Assembly (NCBI GenBank): GCA_002269645.1
Contig: NIVC01001881.1
Span: 1-64,000, forward strand
DNA: 64,000 nucleotides
Direction: 5' to 3'
Origin: Macrostomum lignano
Taxonomy: Eukaryota
In this document: positions 39,249 through 52,134 of the stretch, piece by piece
Numbering within the stretch: position 1 is the first letter of the stretch
How the letters are laid out: each line of letters starts with the position of its first letter
Translations under genes and position numbers: made by a program
Notes under the pieces: generated by a model
The model's database searches: none
What the model saw: the letters and a program-made list of their open reading frames with translations, nothing else
What the model was told of the DNA's origin: nothing

Positions 39249-42200
39249 CCGAACGGTGACGCGCAGCAGCAACAAGAAAGCCGCAGTACAAGCAGCGACA
39301 GTTCAGCCGATACATTGGACTCAGCTGAAACGGCAGTCGCTTTTCGACGCGTGTTCGGTTTAAACATTCGTATTCGACCAGGAAATAAAACGTACAAGAA
39401 GGACTTGCTGTTTGGAAGCTGCGACAATGGCAAGGCCGTGATTGACATCGGCCACGTATATGGCCAGATATACGTGCCCCTGGGCGAGGCAGCGAGCAGT
39501 GGTGAGCGTCGGGGTGAAAGTACGAGTATATTTGATAAATTTGAGATGCCTGTGCTGCCAACGTCTGCGGTGTGACAGGATTGCTTATTGAAGGTGGGGA
39601 GAGGCGCCTAAGCCACTGCAAAGGGGACGTTAAAAGCCACTGCAAAATGGGCGCGAAAGCCACTACAAAAAGGCGCGAAAGCAATTGATAGGGCGCACAA
39701 AAGGCTACCGAAAAGAGGCGCCAAAGCTACTGATAGGGGGCACAAAAGGCTACCGAAAAGAGGCGCCAAAGCTACTGATAGGGGACGCTGATTGCCTACC
39801 AATAAAGCTGGGTTAGTGTGAGCCTGTTGCTTCCCTCCCCTGGCTATTCCCGTGAATGTGGCGCATATTGAAAATGCATGCAAACTATTTCCAAACCCAG
39901 ACTCAGTGGAGGCCGAACTTCGCAGCTCAGCTCTAAGCAGTATAGTCGAACGAATCTCAACAGAAATTCAAAGAGGCCAACAGAAGAAACAAAGCCAAAA
40001 AAATTATGAAAGTTCTGGCAGCAGAGAATCGTCGACAGTTTCTGGTTCAGGAGACGCCGACTCAGCGGTTGCAGCCGCGGCTCGAGCAAGTAAACTCAAC
40101 CGCATCCTGGACCTGTTCGAGGGCGTGCAACAGGTGGACAATTCGTGCGAACCGACAGCCGGACCCGTCAATGTGGAGTTTCAGCGTCGTTTGACTGAAA
40201 ATCCCGCGTGCTACCGACTGTGCACGGTGAGATCCGAGCAGGGCGCTTCGGGCAAAGAAATTGGCGTGCCTGTTACTGAGCAGGAGGACGGCTTGAGTCG
40301 GATTGTGCTCAACAACCCCGGTCGCTGGCTGCCTGGACAGCAGGTAATAATGTAGGCTTTGTTGAAAGTGTAATTCTTTATGAACTCAAAACTGCGCAGT
40401 TTATTGCAGTCATTGTAGTAGTATGGTTGGGGTCCCAACTCCCACCCTGCATTTCCACCGCAGTTCAGAGCTTAATTTATGAAATAACCTTTTTTTCCAA
40501 ACCATATATTTTAGCTTTAAGTAAAACCCTTCACAAATTAGCCTAATTAAGTTTTCTACATCTCTAAATTACCTGTCTTGGCGTACATTTAACTACAGCG
40601 TTTAATCACAGTACATTCGAAGTATAAACGGACTTCTGCCTTGACTACTCACCACCAGGTGGTTGTGGAGCTCCTGGACGAGGTGCAGCCCAACGGTGCA
40701 TCCAAGGGCCGCGTCCTCGGCTACTACAAGCGCCAGTTGCGCTACAACTTCCTCGGCCACCAGCAGCTGCAGAAACTCCTGGCTGAGCAGCCGAACCGCT
40801 TCAAGATTTGCAAACTCGAGCTGAACGGCGTCCAAGGGGGCTCGGCGGTTCCGGTCGACCCCAGCGACCCGATCGCCCGCATCGAGATCAACGGGCGCGA
40901 GAACTGCGGCAGGGCCTGCGCCAACGACCAGGTGGTGGTGGAGATCATGGAGATCAAAGGCGCTGACCCGGCTAATAAAGAGGTCAAAGGACGCGTTGTT
41001 GGCATGCATCAGCAGGTGCGAATTTGTTAAGCTCTTTGTCGACTTATTTCTAAACTCTTAGGGCATCGATTGGTTACAGAAAATGGGTTTGGGTCGGGCA
41101 TGCGGTCCTGAAAGTCAGTACTGTGAGAACTGTGACTGTACTGTCACAGCATAACATGCGCAACCTTGGGAATCACTCGGCCAACACACACATGTAAGTC
41201 GCTATGGGCTGAGAGCAGTCACGTGACTACTATTCCGTCCAATAGCGACTTGAATCGGGTGAATCCCTAGGTTGATGATAGGCCGGGTGAATCCCTAGGT
41301 TGCGCCCAAGCATGTGTCACAGTACTGTCAGAACTGTGACTTGAGTCTAAACAACTATCATTTAAAAAATTTCCAACGTAAAAATGAATCACAAAATGCT
41401 CAGTGCTTTATGAAAAGACAACTAATTTACAGTATTACAGAGCCTTCTCAATCACTTCTAACAGGCGGAGAAGCTGCGCTACCAGCTGTTTCTCTGCGAA
41501 GTGCTCAGCAGCGTTGGCGCACTGATGCGACCGTTGTGCGGCACCTTCCCGAAGATTAACTACGACAATTCGATTGCTCAGCATGCTTTGAAGAATGAAC
41601 CAAACGATTTGCTCGATGGACACCAAGAGCGCAGCAGCACAGGGCAGCAACAGGTGACTCAGAAACAAAATCATGCGCGAAACATTGACCGCGACTTTGT
41701 GTCGGTCTTCTTACCGAAAAGGTGTGAGCTAATTTTTAATTACATTATATTGCTACTTTTGTTTAATAATTTCAGCAACGACGTTGAATGCATTTAAACA
41801 ATTTTCAAATCTTACTAGGGATTCGACTGGTAAAATCTACTTTGAGCACGACCGCTGTCAGCGAGTGAACAAAGAATTCTGTGAGCAGACTTTTCTGGTG
41901 TGCTTCGAGTATTGGCGTCTGGACAAGAGCTACCCCATGGGAAAGGTGGTCTACGTGCTCGAAAGCACCGACGGCTCGCTGGCAGAGGCGTTCGGCCTCA
42001 TCCAAATGCGACACCGGCTGCCTCGTCCGCTGCGAGATTCAAAGAAGCTGCGCAATCAGGTGGCTAACGTGCAGCAAAAGGACAACAGCATGGGTCTAAG
42101 GGACCGGCTCGACATGCGTAAGGTGCTCACCGTTACCATTGACAACCCAGACACGCGGGACATGGACGACGCAATCAGCTACGAGCGTTGCTACTCAACA

Positions 42201-42470
42201 GGCGTAGAAACCGTCGGTGTTCACATCACCGACATCTGCGAGTTCATCGGCATCAAAGGCTCCCCGCTGGACCGTGTGGCTCGGGGTCGCCTCCGAACCA
42301 TCTACCCGCCTAAGGTGGGCAAGTCGCAGCAGCAGGTGACACCAAACCACATGCTGCCGAAAACTCTGGCTGAAGACGTGCTCAGCCTCTGCGAAGGATC
42401 CGACAGATTCTGTCTGAGTGTGCTCTTCAAGTTCAAGCGTGACGGAAAACACGTAAAAGTAAGATATCGC

Positions 42471-42505
<35 letters not shown>

Positions 42506-45500
42506 GGGTGTTTTTTGGTTGAGTGAGCACGTGCTATACTCAGCAACGATTGAAAAGTCGTCAGTGATGAATTTCTCTTGGACGATTCTGAAATAAAAGA
42601 TACGAGAAAACTGATTGGAGTAGCTTTAATCCGTCCAACCCTCGCACACCGCTCCCCCCACTTTATTGCTCAACTCAAGTCGGCCGCGGCGTAGCTGAGT
42701 TGAGTCAATCGCAAAGAGGCGCAGAGGCGCAGAGATTGCAGAGATTTTTAGGCGTTGTGAAATTCAGGCGTTATAAAATTTAGGCGATGTGAAGGAGGCT
42801 CTATCTTCAGTTTTAGGCGTTGTGAAATTTAGGTCTTATGAAAGCGTCTTGTGATTCGTATAGAGACAATTTTAGATTGCAGCGTTAAAGTCTGACTATC
42901 TAAAAATTCGCCTGTCTGTCTCGCAGAACGCCTGCGTAAGGAGAAGTATTAAGTACAACGTATAATCAGCAACAGTCAAAAGTTCCACCTGTACAAATCA
43001 CGCGTAGTTAGAGAGAAAACTTTCTTTTAAAACTCACAGTGAAAGGTGAGTAAAAATATTTTTGCTTGGTGAGGTGGAACTTATGACTGTTGTTGGGTTA
43101 TATATTACCTCACACTCACAGACAGTAACCGTTGAAATGTCTGCAATGTAAATAACGCCACTCTATGTAGTTCTCTCGACTATCGAAAACAACATAGGGC
43201 GTAGGCAGACGCTCTATTTGTAGTGGTGAAATTATCGATCGAGTAACGCCCAAATCCAATGCGTGCAGGGAATAGGGGGTTAGGTCCCCAGCCCCCAGCC
43301 AGGCCGATACAGTTTGCCTTTCCTCTCATATTTGACTTTAACTCTCTCCTTACGTCGTATTGCTCTGATATTGGCTGAGTTGGATTGAGCCTGCCCCCTA
43401 GGCACACGGTCTTTCGTCTTTCGTCCGTCTTGCGTTCACGTGTGTACGAGCTACGAGATAAATGCTTGCAGGCTGCAAACCTTAAGAAAGAGGAGTAATT
43501 TTTCCCTTGAAATATATTTGCTACATTAAATTTCAGTTATGCAACGCACAAAAACTAATATTTCTTACAAATTTATTTGCCAATGACGAATCGAATTATT
43601 ATAGATATTTAGATATTCATGCAGTTAGTTATTTAAATAAATATAAAATTAATGCCTAGCTCTAGCTAAACCAGCCGACACGCCGACTTCAAATTCATTA
43701 ACTAAGATTGTGTATGACATCTCAGATTCTATGCGGACCTGATGTAATCGAATTAGCTTGCAATTTTACCTACATTACCAACTTTTAGAGCCCTGCAAAC
43801 CTCCTCTGGGAAAAGCCCGAGTTCCACAAGACCGTCATTCGCAGCGACCTCCGGCTCAACAAGATCGACGTGCAACCGGTGCTGCTGGAGACCGAGCGCA
43901 GCGCCGACAGCTTCGGAGACCGCCTGACTCCCGACTTCGTGTCGATGCTGCGCTCTCTGTGGGACATCGCTCGACGCCTGCGGCTGAAGCGGCTTGGTGA
44001 GGCCGGCTTCCAGCTGCAGGATGACGACTTCTGCGACGACGACGACGAGCAGGGATCCATCGGGCGGACCTTCGAGACCAGCTGCCTCATCGAGGAACTC
44101 ATGGTGCTGGCCAACCTGTCGGTAGGTCAGTGGTTGGCAGAGCAGCAGCGGCCGGTTGTGGCTCGAGTCCAGGACGAGCCCCGACCTGTCGAGGTCCAGA
44201 ATTGGCTCGGTAAATTCGGTCAGACGCTGGTGCACATGCCGCGACTGCAGCGCGATCTTCGAGGCCTCAATGTCTCGTTTAGTCTGTGCAACTTTCCGCT
44301 GTCTCTGTCTCGAGCTGACTATGACTTCATCATGAAGTACCAAATCGGTAGGCCTCGCGATTGCGTTCTACGGCTCATGCACGACAGTCGCCATCCGCAC
44401 ATGATGCTGGCCCTCAGTGAATGGTTCTCCGTCACACAGCCCGCGCACTACGCACCAACGGCGGACGAGACGTCAGCCAAAGAAGCTCGGCGAAAGGTGT
44501 ACCACTTCAGCCTGCAGCAGGCGAACTATTTGCACTTTACAAGCCCCATGCGTCGCTATCCGGATATTGTTGTCCACAGGGCGTTCCGAGCGGCGATTAA
44601 CAATCAGCAGCAAGGCCCGGCGACAGGAGAGACGTCCGAGAGTCTTAGCGATCTGTGCGACTCGCTTCGAACCTGGAGCGTAGAGTCAAGATGTTCGAGA
44701 AGGACTCCATGAGCTACGCCTACGCCAGCCGTCTGAAGCGACGCCCACAGCAAGAGCTCGTGGTGTTGCGCTCCATCGATGATGGCGAGATGTCTTTCAC
44801 GAGTAGCCGTCTTCGCCGCATGCCCAAGACACTCGGAGTCGTGAAGATGTCCAGCTTCGGACTGGATGCTCGACCTGAGCCTCGAGGACTTGAAAAGTTT
44901 CGCTGCAAATGGAGCCGACGCATTTTCGTGCATTCTTCATGCGAAGACTCATCAAGCTACAACACTCCAGTACTTCATTACATTGGCAGTGAGGTTCGTG
45001 TTAAGCGAGACGTTTACGTCCAGCGCGTCAACTGCGATCCTGTAGTGAAGCTGCGCAAGGACTTCATAAGTTCCGGCGCCAATTACGAGTCAGTTCGGGG
45101 CCAGTTTCGCCAGCTGCAAGACGTTGTGCTTGAAGATCAAGGTGCGTGGATGATCACCTGTGAGAATGACCAGCTCGCTTCGGAGCGAATGAACAGCTTC
45201 TGGTGTCGGGCAAGCCAGTCCAGTTCTACCGCGAGTTCGCGGTCGGCGATATCATGCGGCTGCAGTTCCGAGCACAGTTGCGTCAGGGCCTGCTAACGCC
45301 CAGCGTTGCGCTGATCGAAGTGTGCGGCAGCCACACGGTGTGCGTAACGCACAAGGACGATCCCGTGCGCTGCTTCGCGGAGGTGACGGATGTCAAGTCC
45401 AAGCCCTCGTACCGCGACATCGACGAGTACGCGACCATCTGGCAGCGCATCGTGGCCATCGAGTCTGCCACCATCGCAGCATCGACTGATGACAGCGTCA

Positions 45501-48500
45501 TCCTGCATGAGGTGGCGCTCGACTGGAGCTACCACCAGCCCACTGACCGGTGGCTAGCCGCCTTTCATCTGCCTTCAGATTACTGCGTCCAACGCCAGAT
45601 CAAGGTTGGAGCTGACGCCACAGTGCTGGACCCGTGTTCCGAAGACAAAATTAAAGAACTCGTTGAGCACAGTGGACGCGGTGGTGGCGCCAACCTCAGC
45701 GAAGAGGCGCTCAACGAATCTTTTCAGCTGGCTGGCGAGAGAGCAAGGTGGGCAAGTTCTGGTAACTGTAGAAGTCTATGAACAGTTTGTTAGTTTTTAG
45801 TATTAATCCTGTTCACCAAGGGGGTTGATCCTAATAGTCAGGTTGGCGCTCCCATGTGCCAGCGGCCCAGGCTCGATTCTAAGGGCAGTCGCATTAATTT
45901 GGGGCTAAAATGCAATCTCAGCTTGGCTCTGCTTGTGTGCAATTAACGCTTTTGAAGGCCAACCCCCAAGGCACAGTGAAGAGTGAAGTGTACATGCCTA
46001 ACGATAAATAATAAAGTTAGGGCCGCTGTACACTCTTGTGTGAGTGTGTGCCTGTGCGTATGACTGCGTCCATATCCTTGCGCTTGTGTACCTGCTCAGG
46101 GGAGTCGACAGAATGTGCAGCCATGCATCTCGCCGGTTGTTTGACAATGTCGCTTAAAGTGCGCGAGTAGCGAGCACCCTGCCCTGACCTGAATTGAGTT
46201 ACAAGTCCACAAGCGCAATTAAAAACAACCTGCCATTGCAGAGCATATAATCCAAAAATTAGTCAAGGTTGTCAATCAGGTGCATCTTTTCCCAAAAGCG
46301 TTGACGCTGGCAAGCGGCATCACAATATTCTTATCAGCTTTGCCCATTGACAAACCGCGGTAGAGTTCTGATTTAATCTCAATTGTCTCGTGTACTTGTT
46401 TTCTTTTCTAGATACAGCGACTTTGTCTGCTTGCGCTTTTCGGGTGGCAGCTCCAATGTCCCAGGCTCTGAAGGTTTCACCACTGTTGCTCACGGCGGTA
46501 TCTTGCTAGTTTACCAGACTGTACACGGCCGCAATGTCAAGTGCAACTGCCGCAGAAGCGACGGCCCAACTGGCTATTTTTGCCAGATTGTCGTGTTTTC
46601 ACTGCAGCAGCACGACTTGAGCCCGCGATTCGATTGGTCCAGCGTGTCCACAGCCACCGTGGAGGTGATGCAGAAGTTTCTGCCAATCCGACGCCAGGAG
46701 TTGGCGCTGTGGCGCCTTCCGGCTATGCCCAGCACATCGTTGGCGCACAAGATCGCTCTGTTGGGCTCGAGAGAAGCTCGAATCTCGGGTGCGTTTAAAT
46801 CTTCGTCATTTCAGTAGATCCTAAAATGTATTCGCATTGCAATGAGCGTCATCTACTGAGGATATTATCCCATCTGTCAACCTATTGTGTTGTTAAATGT
46901 TTCAATTCCGAAGTGCGATTTAGAAGAGCTAAATAGTTTTTACATGCGTCCAAACACAATAGAAATTTCTTTACTCTAACACCAAAAACGTTCCACAGCT
47001 CGTTTTGTGGCCTAAGTCTCTGACCACTCACTCCAAGTCAATCGATCAAATTTTCTCTAGACTATACTTACAGATGTTCTCTAGACCATTAAGTCAGCTA
47101 TTTTCTAGACTACTGGCCTTTTGTTTTTAGGCGATTTTGTCAGATGTTCTCTACAATATTAAATCAGAGCTTACGTTGTCCTAATAAGCCAGTTTTATTA
47201 AGTGCAAGCTACTACTTAAAGAATTGGTTAAAAAAAGCTTTTAACAAAATAGTTTTTTGTATTTTCTGCGCATTAAATATTCGGATTGGATGCAAAACAT
47301 TTTTAAATTTCATCTTTTTAGACGCAAGCTACGGTGAGAAGCTGCACCAGAAAGGTGTCGTGAGCTACTCGATTGAGACTGGCGCTGAGGAGCGGTTTAA
47401 CGAGCACACTGGTCGCACTTACATTATGCGAAAGAGAATTCCGTGCAATGTGGCGCAAAATGATGCCATCACGGAGGCGATGAAGTACGACTTGACGCTC
47501 ATCTGGGGCCCGCCAGGTGGGATTCTCATCACGCATTAATTCTATTTATTTGCAATGCTAAGTGCTATTATTCAGAACGAGAAAGCGCTTATTTGTTTTT
47601 TCACTTGCTGTATTTTAACAAGCTGGGTTTTATTTTTCTTTGTTTTTTTCATACTTTAATGCATGCTTGCCTACATACATGTACAATATTGTCAGTATTA
47701 CGTAATAATCGCTATATCAGCATGGAATCGACCTCAATTTTGCTATAGGGAAAAGAAGCTGTCTGCGCTTCAGAACTAATTGGGTAAGACAACAAAGAGA
47801 TGCGACAGAATGTTTGCACTGTCAAAGATTTGCACTTCCTGATGGAAAGCTACATGTTCTATGTAATGCCAGATAATGACTCCATGTGTTCGTTGGGGTA
47901 GAATACTGTCCATGTCTACCAACTCTTTGCACCGAAAATAACGTTTGTAAATGATTAGTGTCTACTTTTACGTTCACTCTAAGTACGAGGATTAACTAAC
48001 CTTTTCTTATGATATCCTTGATGTCTCTATAGGATGTCTCTTCAAGCTAAGAAAGCGGTCTTGTTTATTGTATCCACTGTTTTAATCATTGGTGACGGTA
48101 GAAAATTTTTATTCAATATTAACTGTTTTTGAAAAGGAACAAAGCTGTTTTACTTAACAACCATTATATAATCTAGACGATTCACGCGACATTTCAGGCA
48201 CTGGCAAGACATCAACAGGCGTCATGCTCACTTACTGGTACGTTTTTGTAAATCGCTGCTTCGACGAAGACCAGTCAGATGTGGGATCATCTGACGATTC
48301 TGGTGAAGACGACAACGATGACGATGACAACGGCAGCAACCCAAGTGAGAGCCAAATAGCAGTCGATGATGATAGCGAAGAAGCTGCGGCCATAGACTAT
48401 TCGGCTTTCAGCAAAGGCAACGACAGTGGTCAAGATCAAACTGGAGAGCTTCGAGAGGCCTTGTCTAGAAGTTTAGCGGAACCTGGCGCAACTGACGGAG

Positions 48501-51500
48501 GCTGGAATATCGTGAGCTCAAAACGCCGCGCTGCTAGGCGGTCGACTCAAAGCCAAAGCTCTTTCGAACCGACAGCTGGGCCGACTGAAACGACTCCAGT
48601 AGCACCGATGCGGTCGAAGCGCTTCGACAAACAGTTGACGGTTCGCGATGAAGAACTGCAGACACGTCGCCAGGTGCTGTACTGCGGCCCATCAAACCGA
48701 TCCGTGGACGTCGTGGCCGAATATTTGAAGGCAAAGTTAGACAAAAAGTGTCCAACAATCGTTCGCGTCTTTAGCGAGCAACTGGAGCAGAAAAAGTACC
48801 CTGTGCCAGGCGAAGGTGTCAGCAATAACAGTGGCGATGTAGATTCTGGCGGCTACATAACTCCATTATTGCAGGTAGGGCTGAATTGTATCCTATGTAC
48901 AATTATATGTATCCTATGTATGTGTACAATGTATCCTATGCATAAGGTCCTATATATTGATGCATTTTATTGACTTTACAAAAGCATACTGACTTACAAG
49001 CCTGGGGTCCGGTTCAGAGAAAGCATTCTTGCACCATTTTTTGTTGCGTGCTGCATGCAATTCATCAGCCAACAACATCCTTTTGACTGAAATTAATGAA
49101 CTATGCGATATGTTTCCAATGAATTTCAGGAAATGGCCCTGCACGAGCTGATTCGCAACCCGGATCGCAATCCGATTTCGGCAGAAACTCTGCTCGCATT
49201 CGACGATTTGTTTCGTCGGTTCTTGGACGCTGAAAGGCACACTACCGCTGCCTGGACGAGGGCCTTGACCCAGACTGCTGAGTCAAACTCCAAGTTTCAG
49301 TCCTATCTTAACCGCCTGGCACAGGAAATGGTCACTTCTGACCGAGGTAAATTGGATTTCAGAAGCTTTAGCTATCGAGACTTGTCGCTGCTTCAGTTAA
49401 TAACAGTGTACAGAAAGGTTGTGACCGCGGCTAAGAAGCGCGTGCTGCAGCAGTTCGAAGTGATCCTGTGCACGACGTCAGTGAGCTGCAGCTCAGTACT
49501 GCAGACGGCCTGCAAGTTCAGCCAAATCATCATTGATGAGGCGGGCATGTGCACCGAGCCGGAGACCCTCGTGCCTCTGGTAGACTGCTCACCAGCCAAC
49601 CAGTCAACGATCAATGCGCAGGGGAAGAAGAAGGCATCGCACTTCACCGAGCGCCTGGTGCTCATCGGAGATCACAAGCAGCTTCGACCAATTATCCAGA
49701 ATAGAACTGCTGAACAGCTCGGCTTGGGCGTGTCGCTTTTCGAGCGGCACAGCCATCGGGCGATTATGTTGAGCTATCAGTACCGAATGGTAAGCCTGAT
49801 TTGATGCGCAAAAATAGTCGCTTTAGACAGAATCATGAGAAGCGCTTCGTTTAATAGCGACTTACATGCGTTTGTATTGCCAGTTCGTATAGAAAACGGC
49901 CTAAAAAGTGTAACATTTGTGCATGTATGCCGCTATCTTGAATTCCGACATAAAGCACTGATAAATTTAAATGCACAGTCTTTTGGGTCTACAGCTTGGG
50001 GCCGATGTGCACACAAACCTTTGTGACTGCCTAAGCAACCACGATCGTATTTCTGTCAAAATTCAGGGTTCAGGTCAAGTGGACAAACGTTCCATTTCTA
50101 ACTCCTTGAGCCCCTTGAAAATTAAATACCCAGCTAATTGCATCACCCGCAGCACCCGAGCCTGTGCGAGTTCTCTGCCGACTACTTCTACCGCACTAGT
50201 AGCGCTCATCTGCAAACGCGACAGTCGCCATCTTGGACTGGACTTCAAAGTGATGATGTTTGGGACCCCGACCGCGAATGGAACGGCATTAACACTCATC
50301 GCTTAGCAAAGCACTACGTGTTCGATTCCTACAACTTTCGCACTGAAGGTCGCGTTAGCGGTAAGCTGCGACTAGAGAACGCCAATGTGCTCATTGGCTG
50401 CTGGCCCGGAGTGCGCAGGCCGGATGACTACCCAGTTGACTCCTATAGCAGCTCCTATAGCAGCTCCGTCTACTCTTCGCACCGAGTTGTACAGCCGACA
50501 GACCTGCACGTGAAAGGCGAAGAGGATCGCATTGTGTTCCTTCACGTTGAGGGAGTCGAAGAGAAGACCACCGTGTCCACGGAAGAGGGCTCCGAGGACT
50601 CGCGTCGGAACTTGGCGGAAGTTGAAGAAGTGGTAATGCTCGTTGCTTGTGATCCTAAAGAAGGTCCGATTGTTGCAAAACCAGATATCGCGCGAAAACC
50701 CTTACTATTCTTTTACTATTCGTTTTACTATTCTTCTTCACTGATTTGCTATTTCACCCACCGCTAACAACTTGAATTTTTCACGTGAAAATCCAATTAA
50801 AACCGTCTGGTGGACATTGTGACCTTTCAGATTCGCGTCTATGAGGCAATCCGCAAACGAGCCGAGCGTCCTCGGCTTTTCAACGAATCTCTGGCAGTTC
50901 TGTCTCAGTACCGTTACCAGGTGAGCAGCATCGCCAAGAAGATACGCAGCTGCGGTGTCAAGTCGCCCATCGTCAAGACAGTCATCGAAAGCCAAGGTAA
51001 GATTTGATTGCGTCGTGCTGATCATAACTGAGATTTGCTTCTGTAAGCTCGTAAAAGCTGCTAAGTAGTTCAAATTGCGTATTTTTTATAGAAGTGGCCT
51101 TTCTATCTTTAATAAGGTGCTCTGATATCTTTATATAAGAAGCCTCATAATTTTATCTCATTTGATTGATATCCCAGGTAGCGAATTCGACTACGTCATT
51201 CTCTCCCTCGTGCGCTCGCTGCCCAACTACGAAATTCCGAAGTCCCCGATTCCAAGTTGGGAGCACAAGTATCTGGGATTTATTACCGATGCCAACCAGA
51301 TTAATGTGGCGCTCACTCGAGCTCGCAGAGGCCTCATTATTATCGGTATGTGCAACAACACTATTAAAGATCTTCTAATTTGTACGGACACAGAATCAAT
51401 TGAAAGTCACTCATGGGAAACGCCTACCAAATCTTCTGTACTATTTAGGCAATCGGTTCCTGCTGCAAGCAAATCCGATGTGGAGCTCTCTGCTGTCCAG

Positions 51501-52134
51501 TCTGAGGAGCCGCCACTGCATCGTCGACAAGCCGGCCGACTTTCCCGCTAAGACTGGCGACAAGCGCTTTTACACGCGCGATGGCAACGACCCGAAACTG
51601 TCGGATCGCGACAGCGGTTCGTCTGCTAGGGCCTGGAATGGCGGCGGCGGCGGCGGACGGTGGAATGGCATGGAAAATTGGAAATCGAGCCAGCAACAGC
51701 AGCAGCAGCGGTGGCAGCAGCAGCAGCGACAGCAGCAACCGCAGCAGTGGCAGCAGCAGCAGCGACAGCAACCGCAGCAGTGGCAGCAGCAGCAGCGACA
51801 GCAGCAACCGCAGCAGTGGCAGCAGCAGCAGCGACAGCAACCGCAGCAGTGGCAGCAGCAGCAGCGACAGCAGCAACCGCAGCAGTGGCAGCAGCAGCAG
51901 CGACAGCAGCAACCGCAGCAGTGGCAGCAGCAGCAGCGACAGCAGCAACCGCAGCAGTGGCAGCAGCAGCAGCGACAGCAGCAACCGCAGCAGTGGCAGC
52001 AGCAGCAGCGACAGCAGCAACCGCAGCAGTGGCAGCAGCAGCAGCGACAGAAGCAACCGCAGCAGTGGCAGCAGCAGCAGCAGAACTTTGTCTTGGTGCA
52101 AGATGATTTTCCTGCGTTGCCTCCAAAGAAATAG
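39249..52134 (+). CDS. HELZ2-like RNB exoribonuclease / UPF1-like SF1 helicase, paralog A (5' end uncertain; two -1 frameshifts in the long exon)
   Basis: Exons 39249-39501, 39901-40343, 40659-41015, 41465-41721, 41819-42458, 43789-45747, 46412-46788, 47322-47516, 48198-48874, 49130-49789, 50153-50632, 50831-50996, 51178-51345, 51449-52134; all GT-AG and phase-consistent. RNB motifs: TIDNPDTRDMDDAIS, EFHKTVIRS, LIEELMVLAN, HFTSPMRRYPD. Helicase motifs: WGPPG|TGKT, LYCGPSNRSVD, IIIDEAGM, LIGDHKQLRP, SLFER, YRM|HP, SQGSEFDYVI, NVALTRAR. Confidence 0.9.
42770..42840. repeat. Short 16-17-bp intronic repeats
   Basis: TTTAGGCGTTGTGAAAT-like unit, 4-5 copies. A nearby inverted pair at 42960-42990 and 43072-43103 (CAACAGTCA.AAGTTCCACCT) lies in the same intron. 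Confidence 0.6.
45845..46200 (+). mobile_element. SINE copy in an intron of paralog A
   Basis: GCCAGCGGCCCAGGCTCGATTCT head remnant plus a body collinear with 12100-12500. Confidence 0.7.
51700..52085 (+). repeat. Coding 30/33-bp repeat giving (QQPQQWQQQQR)n at the C-terminus of paralog A
   Basis: CAGCAGCAACCGCAGCAGTGGCAGCAGCAGCAGCGA-type units, ~12 copies, in frame up to TAG 52134. Confidence 0.9.

Noticed and set aside
42927-43046. AG..GT-bounded segment that looks like an RNB exon
   Set aside because: Stops occur in all frames, and exon 41819-42458 joins 43789 directly in phase 0 with continuous RNB motifs. Part of it is an intronic inverted repeat.
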